A stretch of 64,000 nt of DNA. Source: Paramecium tetraurelia. Its lineage: Eukaryota. Under the pieces are notes generated by a model. The model was not told the origin of the DNA. It saw nothing but the letters and a program-made list of their open reading frames with translations, and searched no databases. The position numbers were made by a program, and so were the translations under genes. Shown piece by piece: positions 40,176-50,832 of this stretch (positions within the stretch are counted from its first letter, which is position 1; the number at the start of each line of letters is the position of its first letter). The stretch spans positions 124,001-188,000 of the forward strand of contig CT868657.1 of assembly GCA_000165425.1 (NCBI GenBank), written 5' to 3'.

Positions 40176-41976
40176 ATGCAATCTCCTCTTCGATTGTATT
40201 CTGCCTAAAGAGCATTCACTTGTAGGAATATGGAGACCAAACCTTCTTTTTTCATTTCTAAAAGTATGATCATCAATCACTATCCTTAAAGAGGCCAAAT
40301 AATCAAAGAAACAGAAAGAAATCGATAATCTCAACGAATAATTATTAATGGTCAAGCAATCCAACAATCTACTATTCGAAGAAAACAAACAATTAAAACA
40401 GCAAATATTGCACTTCGAGGTTTTCATACATTCTTACCTAGAAATAATTAAATAAACAAGAAAAGTTACTCATTTTGAATAAACAATCTAAGGCCGAATC
40501 TAAACATAGCGACTTAGATTTACAAATAAGAATGAAAACAGAAGAAGTACCATAATTGTTATACTAGACATGTTCCGTTATTGCATATCAAAAACAAATC
40601 AAAGATTTTAAGTCTAGAGACTAATATTATTAGTAGCAAATCGAGGAATTAAAGAGAGACACAAGAAGAACAAAGCTACAAGAATGTCAGGTTAAGTATT
40701 ATACATATTGTTTAAGATAGAATGTAAGGTAATCAAAGAAGTATATGAAAAATTAAAATTTAAATACCAAGCATTAATGCATTAAATGTAATTTCTACTT
40801 TTACGATTCTTAGTTAATTTAGTCAAAAAGATGAATTATTGAGAGATAACATTAAAATTAGTTAAGAATTACTCATTACTTAATAAAAACTTTAAGAATT
40901 ATAACTACACAATAAGAAAATTCAGCAAGACTTACACCAATCTGATTTTAAAAGAATACGTAGTGAAAAGTTAGTGTTTGATAAAGAAAAAGAGTTGAAA
41001 CTAATATAGTTTGAATATAGTAATCCAAAAAAAACAATAAGTGATTTAAATCGATAATGGTAAATCAGATTAGAAAACCAAAAGTTAATATAGCAGTAAC
41101 TTGAAGATGAATTGAGATTAAGAAATGAAAAAATCATCCTCTTAGAAAAGACTTTAAAAGAAGACAAGGCTGCTTATCAACTTAAAGAGGCTTTTTACAA
41201 AAGGGAAATTGATAGTTTGAATATCCAAATCGGATAATTAAAAGAAACTATTTAACATCTAGAAAAGGAGTAGATGGTTGAACAAAGTTCGGATGAATAA
41301 GAGTCTAAATCTGAAAAATCGGAGAGATAGACATCCCAGTCTTACCAAAGACAAAAAACACAACTATTAATGAGTAGAAAAAAGATTCAAAAAGTTAATT
41401 CATCTGAAGTAGAGATCATTGGAAAAGAGATAGCATTGAAATTCTAACTAGCTTAAATACCATTCTCTAGATTAGACTCTTACATTTATTCTAAATCATC
41501 GAGAGGTATAATCAATCTAAATGAAATCAATGAAATTCTTAAGCAATCTCCATTTGATTTGCCAGATGACTAATCTTTATTAGTGGCAAGGTTTCTTGCA
41601 GAACCTGAACAAGAGGAATGGATCTATTATGATAGTTATCAAACAAACGATGTTGTAATTGTTATTAGTATCTTCCGAAATCTGGTTAAACCTTTTGATT
41701 TGATCAACCCTCAGCTCTACGACACCATACATCAAGAATTAAAATAGATTTTCAGACTCAACAAGAATAAGTTAATTGACTATCTCATGCTAAATGGTGA
41801 TAATTGCGATCTAAATTACTTTAAGAAAGCATTTGAGTATTGTGACATTCCTTTAAGTTAAGAGTAAAACTATTATTTAATTTAGATAAGAAGCATATAT
41901 TGCAATAAAAATATATGAGAAGTATAGGCGAATTGTTAATTTGAAATACTAAGAAATAATTGATTACTTCAAATGA
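40176..41976 (+). CDS. Coiled-coil protein with C-terminal EF-hand-like helical domain
   Basis: MQSPLR... with tiny introns, long heptad E/K/Q/L region, then GIINLNEINEILKQSPF...LLVARFLAEP. Ends YQEIIDYFK-TGA. Confidence 0.75.
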
Positions 41977-41990
41977 TAATATAATGTAAT

Positions 41991-42964
41991 TCAAAAGATT
42001 AAACAATTTATACAGGTTTCTGATGAACTCTCCTTTCTTTTATTCTTGATTTCCTCTTATTTCAATGGGTTTTGATATTTTCCTCTCTTAATTTCATAAT
42101 GCTCATCTTCTTCGTAATCTTAAGATGCTGAGGATAGATTTTACAAAGATTTGGTCCCTAAAAATAGAGTTATTTAATTACTATCCATGATAGATATTGA
42201 ATCATTCTTGGATTTGATTATTTCAAAGAGTTTGTCTCGAAGATCATCCAATAGATTGGCAATTTCTGAATATTATGAAATTTATTCTTGTAATTTAATA
42301 AATTTGGAATCATTTATGATGTCAGAGAATGATTATTATAATCTATTAAATCTTTCATTATTAAATGATTTTAATTATTAAAACTATTATTACAGATTTT
42401 CCACTTCATTATGATAAATTTAATGCAATCTGAAAATGCAAATCCCTTCAAACTCATTTCCATTGTAGTTTGCCAATTCATTTATCTCTATAAGTTCTGT
42501 AAGTTAATTAAGTTTAAGAAGTATTTTCTTTTGTAAACTGGCCGCAGTCCTATAATAATTAAATTGATATACTCTTTGCTTTCCTGTTGAATCAGCATAT
42601 GACTCTTCTTTAAATTAGAGGGTCCTGGAATAATTTAGATGTCCAATGTTATCTTAAGATCCTACATTATTTTGTTTATTTATTTGAGCTATAAGTTAAA
42701 ATAGATATTACCTCTAGAATCTTAGTACAATAGTTCTTCATGATCTTATCATCTACATTGTTAAATTGTTGTTTTATGAGATTAACTTTTTCCTAAAATT
42801 ACACTAAACGAGAATAATACATCTAGTTAGTCCTTCAAATTTGGATAGATCGGTCTAGATTCCTTTTTGAATGCTTGAACATTATCTAACAAAGATTCAA
42901 TGTCTTGTTTGAGTTTAAGAAGCATGAGTAATTTAATAATAATAAATTATCTTTAATTTTCCAT
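41991..42964 (-). CDS. Helical hypothetical protein ending in a CaaX motif (CLIF)
   Basis: Start at ATG 42964 or in-frame ATG 42925 (MLLKLKQDIESLLDNV). Three to four tiny introns. Ends KRKESSSETCINCLIF-TGA. Confidence 0.72.
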
Positions 42965-43051
42965 ATTTTAAGAGTATTGAATTCTTACACACTAGAAAGG
43001 AATCTAAATTAAACTAGAGCATAATAATAATATTGTATAAATTAAATGATT

Positions 43052-44866
43052 TCATAATAAAAGAATATCTTTTTCTGACACCTTCACCTTCGTATTATTA
43101 GCAGACAATTAAACTATTAAATATCCAGATTTTATTTAAACAATTTATCCTCGATATCCTTACCATTATCCAATTTTTAGTTGACAAATTTATCCAGTCA
43201 AACACATCTAATCATTCTATTTTGGTTTGTTTTGTTTACTAAATACCATTTTGCAGTTATTTGCATTTTCAAGAATAATTTAGTAAGGAAACAAATGGTT
43301 AAATAAATATAGCTTACCATTTATACAATGTTTGACTAATCCAAATTTATTAGCATACTAACCTGATATGATTATCACATTATCATTGATTCTGAATGTT
43401 TCACCTTATTCATTCATTTCAACTCCATTTATTGTGAGAATTTCTAGTTTCTCATTTCTTATTTCTTAAACCTCATTATTGATATCCAAAACAACAGCAG
43501 ATTACAGCTTTTATTGAATAACACAGCCGATTTAAAAGTCATTGTTCCCAAATTTGACTAAAGAATTATCAGTTTAAAAATTCTTATGTCCAAATTATAA
43601 CACACTGTGAGGTACCTTGAAAGTTCCATGTTAATTTGAAAGCACAACATAACCTTATTTGATACATATAATAACACCTACGTCTCCTTTGTGAGGACCA
43701 TCTATAACTTTGGCTTCCTAATATAATTTAAAAGCTAATCGTATTTCTGATGCATGAACTAGATATGTGTATTCTCGATTATCTTTCTTACACATAAGTT
43801 CTATCATTTAATCATCAAATATTTTCATTATTTTGAATTTAGGACCTTTATTGATATCATCTTCCCCTATTAATCTGACTTTTTGTCCTTCTTTAAACTG
43901 TACATCCACTCTTCTAAGTATTTCTCTTTTAGCCTATTAGACAAGAATCTTTCGATCAACTACATCAGGGAAGAACATTTGTAATTCCTCATCAGTGATT
44001 GTAATATTATGTTCTATATTTTTAAGTGGACATCTTAATAGATTGAACCCATCAATTTTAGCACACTTGTACTCTTTTTCAATATCAGAATAAATGAATT
44101 CAGATTGATTAGTAGTTTCAATTTGATTAGTTTATTGTCTAGTTCTTTACCATGAAATAGGTTCTTTTTAACCTTATTTATTTCTTTTAATCACTTTTAT
44201 TATAGCAAAGTTTTAAATTAAATTCACTCTTAATACTTTTCCTAAATCTTTCCCATAGTTTTTATGATTTTTAAATCTTACCCATTAGCCAACTTAAATA
44301 TTGTTATTTTTCTTTATTTCTAATAAACTATCACAATCTTCAGGTTAAATATATATAGGTTATCCATACATAATGGACCTCATGAATTCCTTAACATCAT
44401 TTTCAAAGAAAGATTCAAAAAAAATAAATCCTTTAACATTTGGAGTATAAAAGACAGATACAATTGGACTATTTTTTGGCAATAAATTTGAGATTTCTAA
44501 TATTCTTTATACTTCCAAAATAGATCTACCACATTTGAACCTCCACACTTTTGGATCATTTAACTTAGGTCCTCCTTTTAATGTATCATCATCATCATCA
44601 TTATCTTAATCCTCATCATCTTAATCTATCACATTACTACTGTATTCACTGTTATTTTGAGTCTCATCTATTGCATCCTATTCCATTAGTTCTTGAAGCC
44701 TTTTATTCAATCTTTCCTTAGCTTATGCTCTCCTACTCTGAATTTCCTTCAATTATCTTTCAGCTTCCTTTCTATTTATCTCAAATTTTGGATCATCGTC
44801 TTCTTCACTACTATAACCTTCAGAAGCCTCTTATTCTATAAACTAACATTTGGTTCTCTTTCTCAT
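43052..44866 (-). CDS. SPT5: Transcription elongation factor Spt5 (acidic N-terminus, NGN, KOW domains; no CTR)
   Basis: FIEQEASE acidic start. NGN: DPKVWRFKC...IVSVFYTPNVKGFIFFES. KOW1: IQVGQWVRFK...YGKDLGKV. Last KOW: GQICQLKIGQWQGYRGQIVQIKSGYLIVQL, then stop. Span 1815 nt (605 codons). Confidence 0.9.
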
Positions 44867-44936
44867 TTTAAAATTTTAATAACTAATATTCTAGTCATTT
44901 TTTTATTTAAATACATAATATAAAATTTCACTTTTA

Positions 44937-45672
44937 TCATTGTAATGAATTAAATTTCTATTGTTTGATTACTTTTCCTTATTTATCAACTAATTATTTG
45001 CTAACAACCTAATCGTTTTCTTCATCCATCAAAAAATCATCATTAACTTCCTTGTGAGTCTACTCAATCATTCTATATTTCTTTAACTCCTTTTATTTGA
45101 ACTATTTTAATATTCATTATCATTTACATTCTTTTTGCTTTTGTCAATTAAAAGTTCTTATTATTCTTTTGCATGATCATTCAAATTCTTACCAAATAAT
45201 GAAATATATTTTTAATCTTTAGGATAATATTTGACATAATTAATTTTCTCTTGTATTTCAGATTCCTACTCCAACAACGGTTCCCTATTTTCTGTAGTTT
45301 CTAGCTCTTTTTGAATCTTCTCTAATTGTCTCTTCAACTTTTTCAAATCCACTTATTTTATTTTCTTATATTTTCTGGCAAAATAATCAATTTTTTTCTA
45401 TTGCTACTTGTATTCATTCTATTTCTAATTTAGTTATTTTTATTTGGTCTCTAAATCTTATTGTTTCGTCTATTTTATTTCTTCATTTAAATGACCCTTT
45501 TGTTAATTAATTAATATACTTTATTTATCAACCTTTGAAGATCTCTTACTTATTTTTTTAATTTCTTACAACTCTCCCCTTCCTTTTGATTTGTTTTTGA
45601 TCTTTTGAGTTGATGAAATTTATTTAAAGGCAGCTCATTTCTTCTTTTATAAATTTTCTTATGAGTTTCCAT
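44937..45672 (-). CDS. EFG1: rRNA-processing protein Efg1-like
   Basis: KKLKKQVRDLQRLINK...FARKYKKIKQVDLKKLKRQL...KINYVKYYPKDQKYISLF matches the Efg1 pattern. Acidic DDF tail. Confidence 0.8.
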
Positions 45673-45703
45673 AAATTATTTTTATATTATAAATAAATTA
45701 AAA

Positions 45704-46152
45704 TCAGCTCCTTCTAAAAAAATGATAATCAGGTTGTGTCGAGTATGGACCTGTATAGGGTTTCATAATCATTGATGATTCATACGGATCTGACATAAAT
45801 GAGTTATAAAATAGATTTTTTGTAGCTTCTATTTATTCTGGAATCAGTCTTGAAGACAACCTAAAGAATATTGTCAATTTCAATACCTTAAATAATGCTT
45901 TAATTTTGGAATATGATAGGGAGTGAATTTATTATATGTCTTTAAAGAAAAGTCGACCCCAACCTAATCTGAATAATAATTATAAAACTAAAGTTTATAA
46001 TTAGGAGTTGGCTTAGTATTCCAAAGCATTAGAATTGTTTAATTTTTTTATTATTCCTCAGATTCTTAATCCCTCTTTGAATTTTGGTCTGAGCCCTCAA
46101 TTTTAGGGTCTTGTGACTAAAATGAAAATAATTTAAATGGTTAATTAGCCAT
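45704..46152 (-). CDS. Small hypothetical protein (~130 aa)
   Basis: MANQPFKLFSFQSQDPK... Two tiny introns restore the frame. Ends PYSTQPDYHFFRRS-TGA. Confidence 0.7.
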
Positions 46153-46266
46153 ATATATTAATTAATAAAATAAATAATAATTGATTATCTTATTGGAACA
46201 AAAGAAAATAATCGCCATTTTTAGATGTGTAATTTCATTTCAATATAAATAAATCAATACTTTTGT

Positions 46267-46620
46267 TCATTTATATGCTAAAACCTCTGCTTCAAGTGAA
46301 AAATTTGAAGAAGGAAAATTGCCAGTTCTACTTATTTGAATAATTTTTGTTTCATCAAGTCTAATTGAACAATTTTCACTATACAAAGATATAGCATTTT
46401 GACCATAAGGAATCATTTTAATTTTGATAATATCAACTTTTGTAGAAAAAGTCCAAGTACTTTGCGAATCTGTTTAACAATTTCCAGATTATAGATAAAT
46501 ATGTAGCTTTGCTTTTCTAGTTTATGGAGGTAAATCAGCTAAACAAAGTTAAGTTGTGTTTTATAAAATCTAAAATTTAATAGGGTTATGAAGCAAGTTC
46601 CATCCATATTGATTTTACAT
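46267..46620 (-). CDS. Unknown 117-aa beta-rich protein, intact family copy 2
   Basis: Intronless 354-nt ORF: MQNQYGWNLLHNPIKFQILQNTTQLCLADLPPQTRKAKLHIYLQSGNCQTDSQSTWTFSTKVDIIKIKMIPYGQNAISLYSENCSIRLDETKIIQISRTGNFPSSNFSLEAEVLAYK. Confidence 0.85.
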
Positions 46621-47496
46621 GATTTGAATATAATTATATAAATTCTATTATTTTTATTGGATTTAAATTAAAAAAATAAAATTATAGAATTGTGCATTAT
46701 ATATCTTCATATCTATTTATATTTCTATTTATTATTATAGGATTAACATTTAATAATAGAAATGAAATATTAGAAACTCATTATATAAATCATTGTTTTC
46801 TATCATGAAATATAGATCCTTTTATTGCTTTTTAGATAATTGATTTTACATTTCCTATTAATTAATCATTTTTAAAGGTAACTTTAGCACTTTATTTAAT
46901 AATTTAATTATACATCTATCCATTGGAATGTTTGATTTCAAAATCTCCTTCTTTTTTGTTATTTTTAAATGAACCAGTATATCTAGAATTCTAATTAATT
47001 TTTACATATCTCCAGTATTCTATATTTTGAGTTCTCCTTTACCATGCATTTAATCATCTTAAAATTAACCATTATAATTAAAATTAAATAAAATGTAAAT
47101 TTACATATCACCAATAGGAAAGAAATAAGTACCTCTTCCTTATCTTTTATCTTTCCAATATTCACCTTCATATCTAGATTAGAGAATGACTTACCTATCT
47201 CCTTTTTTTGTATGAAACTCTCCATGGCCATGCTTCTTATTTTCATAAAATTCTCCTTTATATCTAATATATTATAATATTAATACTAATCTCCTTTCTT
47301 AGTATTAAGAATTCCTTCTCCTTAAATTTTATCATCCATAAAATGTGCTTTAACTCTATAAAAATGAATTCAATTTTACTCATAATCAAATGAACTTTTT
47401 TTAAATCCAAATCCGTTAAGTTTTTATTATTCATTTTACCCTAAAATATACAGCATTCAGAATTTTCATTTAAAGTTGTTTTTTAACCCCTTTGCA
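46485..47496 (-). repeat. Right arm of ~1 kb inverted segmental duplication (partner 29883-30895)
   Basis: Reverse-complement match to 29883-30895. Confidence 0.95.
46790..47496 (-). pseudogene. 5'-truncated copy of the MORN gene (3' half only)
   Basis: Homology to the 29024 gene starts mid-CDS. No upstream ATG in frame before a TGA. An A6->A5 run near 47421-47425 shifts the frame, though this could be a homopolymer error. Confidence 0.8.
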
Positions 47497-47688
47497 GATA
47501 ATCTTACTATTAAACCTCATTTTTTACCAGTTTTGATACAAATTAGAAGAAATAAAATTGTTTTTGATGTTCTCCTAATAAGCTAGTTTAACTAAATGGG
47601 CTTAATTCCAAAATTTAAAGTCCCTAAATTTAGATTCACAATTAATAAAAAAAAAATCAATTATTTTATGCAATATACTTAAATTAAT

Positions 47689-48042
47689 TCATTTATATCC
47701 TAAAACTTCAATTACGATTGAAAAGTTGCCTGAAGGAAAATTTCCCTGTCTACTTATTTCAATAATTTTTTTCTCATCAAGCCTTATGGCAATATTTTCG
47801 CTATTAACTGTCCATGCATTTTAAGCATATGGATGACCAGAAATTTTGATCTTATCAACTTTTGTTGATAAAGTCCAAGTAACAGTTGAATCTCCTTAAC
47901 AACCCCCAGACTATAGACATATATAGAGCTTTGCTTTTCTAGCTTGAGGAGGTAAATCAACTAAGGAAAATGATGTTGTGTTTGCTTGAATTTAAAATAC
48001 TATAGGGTGCTGGAGCAAATTCCATCCATATTCATTTTACAT
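47689..48042 (-). CDS. Unknown 117-aa beta-rich protein, intact family copy 3
   Basis: Intronless 354-nt ORF: MQNEYGWNLLQHPIVFQIQANTTSFSLVDLPPQARKAKLYICLQSGGCQGDSTVTWTLSTKVDKIKISGHPYAQNAWTVNSENIAIRLDEKKIIEISRQGNFPSGNFSIVIEVLGYK. Colinear without gaps with copy 2. Confidence 0.88.
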
Positions 48043-48117
48043 TTTTTGATGAAAATTATGTAAATTCTATTATTTTTGATTAGATTTAAATAAAAAAAAT
48101 AAAATTATAGAATTCTG
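48043..48117 (-). promoter_or_regulatory. Conserved upstream element shared by the three 117-aa family copies
   Basis: AGAATTCTATAATTTTATTT...TTTAAAT...AAAAATAATAGAATTTA-ATAATT upstream of ATG 48042 also occurs at ~30688-30760 and ~46621-46692. Confidence 0.6.
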
Positions 48118-48629
48118 ATTAAACAAAAATAAATATTTCCATAATATGATAGGAATTTTAATTTAAAGAATTACTTTTATTAAAAAATCATATTAATATA
48201 ATACTAATTGATTTTTAGGTTATCTTTTATTTTATTTCAACTCTGTCATGCATAATATTTCCTTATATCCATTTATATTCGTTATTACACAATTAACATA
48301 AGGAGGTATCATATAGAAATTCAAATTTTCATATCAAATACTGAAAATCTAGAGATCCATTTGAAAGTAACAATAAGTCTGTAATCTTTCACTTGTCAAA
48401 TCTTAGCCACAAAAGAGGATCAGAATGAATATAAATGAAGGTCACTTTAGGTTTTGATAAAAATTAATTAAAATATTAAAAGGCATGGGATTTTTGATTA
48501 TTATATATTTGTGAATTATGAGAGGATTGTGTTGAGATGATGAATCTTTAAGTAGGATGTCTAAAAGTAGTAATAGAATGAATGATTGTTTCTGATAATA
48601 TATATGCATCAGTTATTAATTTAAATAAT

Positions 48630-50733
48630 ATGCAAGCATAAGCAAATGTTTATTAGTTTGAAGCTGAGCCACAAGTATCTCACCCAAAATATCGCGATTA
48701 AGATCTATATGAGGAACTCACAGACCTGCCTGATGATGAGTCGAAGATAAAACCAGATTATTATATTGATCGACCTGTATGTGTAACTTAATAGTCAAGC
48801 CAACTCCGGAATATAAGCCTTTGCCTAACGGAATAGATGTGGAAACTCAGATTGAATCCTATGAGCCTGATTTGTTTGATTACATTTTAGAGGTGGAGCC
48901 GGTGTTATAAGTTTTAGTGGGCAAATCAGTAGAATAGGCGAGGATGGAATTGATTGAAGAATTAGAAAGGCAGGAGTTGCAGATATAGAAAGCAGCCTTT
49001 GAAAAAAAGCGAAATGCTGAATTGATGGTAACTTAGAGAATGGAAGCAGCATATGTTAGGAGAAAAGAAGAAAGAGTATATAATTATAATGATAATTTCC
49101 TTAGGAAAGGAGAGTCTTGCAACACAAATTGCATTAGGATTAGATGAAACTGTCCTAATAAAAATTCATAGCGAGAACCCTATCCAAGAATGTGGTGAAG
49201 GGAGTGAATTATAGAATTCTCAAGGATCTTGAAAATTTGGGATTATTGAAAAATGATTATTTATTAGAATTAAAAGTTCACTCGTTGCCATGGTTAATTC
49301 AGAGAATAAAACAAAATTGTGATAGCAATTAAAATTGCCTTGATAACATCAATCATCTCTTGGAAGAAGTTCAAAACCCAATTACATAATAACATTCAGG
49401 TTTTTATCAGCAAGAATAACAAAGAAGAAAAGCAATCTTGGATGAGAGAGAAAGGATCAGAATTGAAATTGAAGAGCGTAAGAAGAGAAAGGCTGAAATC
49501 AAAAGAAGAAGAGCATTAAAAGAAAAAAGAGAAATATAGAGAGGGGCATTTTATAATCTCACGCTCTCTAAAGCAGAATCCCTCAATTCAATATTTTAAG
49601 CCAATATCTAGGAAGGAACCACAGAAGTAGGATAAAAGGGAGTTGTTGTACACTTGGATCTCTTTCTTCTATTGGCAGAAGGATTAGATTTAATTACTGG
49701 AGATTAATTGGATTAAATTGACGAATCAATCATTTAAACCATTTGGATGGATATCTTAATGAATAAGTGTAATGCATTCAATATCACTGTAAATTCTTCC
49801 CTTTAACAAATCATACAAGAGGCATTTGCAAAAATGGAAGAAGACTTATACATTTTTGAGAAAAATTCTAAATAAGCGACAATTGATCAACTTAAAAATT
49901 AAACACCATTATGGGCATCCTATGTATCATAATAATATGTACCCAACATTAGAAAGATCATATTGAATAAATTATTGGATGGTTTCTTTGATATCTATTT
50001 TAAATCTGTTAATTATAAAGAACCTAAACCAAAAACAGAAGTTAAAATAAAGACTGAAGAAGCTGACCAATAGTAATAATAAAATGACTAGCCTCCTCCT
50101 TAATAAGCAGAAGATTAATAATAATAATAATAACCAGAATAAGTTGAATAACAGCCAATAGAAGATGAATATCAAAAACCTGAAATTACATAACATGATT
50201 TAGATATGGTGGAAGCTAGAAAGAAAATTAATCTCATCTTCAAATAACCGCAAAATTAGCTTGAGAATGTCACTGCAGTAGTCAATTTACTTGTGCCTTG
50301 CTTTGTTGAAGAGTAACCTGAGTAATAATAAGATCAAGCCAATCCTGACTCTTAATAAGCATCACAATAATAGACCACCGATTTATAGTAGTAATAAGAA
50401 CCCACTGAACCTGTTAAACCTGTTGGAAAATGGGATTTTGATCCCAAGACCATAGATATTTATGATGGAGAGTAGCCATTGATTCAAGAAGGGGAAAGAT
50501 AAGTTGTGGATTGCTTATTTTAATATGCCTTCTAAGAGTAGGTCATTGTAAATGATGAAAGGGCAGTTGAATTTTGTAGATTTTAAATTTATACTTATCT
50601 GAAGGAAAAGTATTTTATTCTATTTAATTCTAGATTGGAATCCTTTTTAAATGTTCCTGAATTTTAAAGTCTTTAATTTAAGAAGCTAAAATATTCCAAT
50701 CTTAATGTCCCAATATATGATTTCGAATTATGA
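48630..50733 (+). CDS. RSP3: Radial spoke protein 3 family, with long C-terminal extension
   Basis: YIDRPPTPEYKPLPNGIDVETQI...DLFDYILEVEPVLQVLVGKSVEQARMELIEELE...FEKKRNAELMVTQRME is the RSP3 signature region. Confidence 0.9.
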
Positions 50734-50832
50734 ATGGCATTGGTTCCTTTATTATTAAAAATACAATAAGTTATCTTAAATTATCAATAGTGTTATAAAT
50801 ATTTTTGTTAAAATCATTATTTCCTATTATTT

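Noticed and set aside
29883..47496. Inverted repeats as transposon terminal inverted repeats
   Set aside because: The arms consist of ordinary gene fragments with introns, and the interval holds cellular genes with no transposase.
48537..48594. Box C/D snoRNA-like pattern (ATGATGA ... CTGA)
   Set aside because: No terminal stem and no rRNA-complementary guide I could recognise. Such motifs arise by chance in AT-rich DNA.
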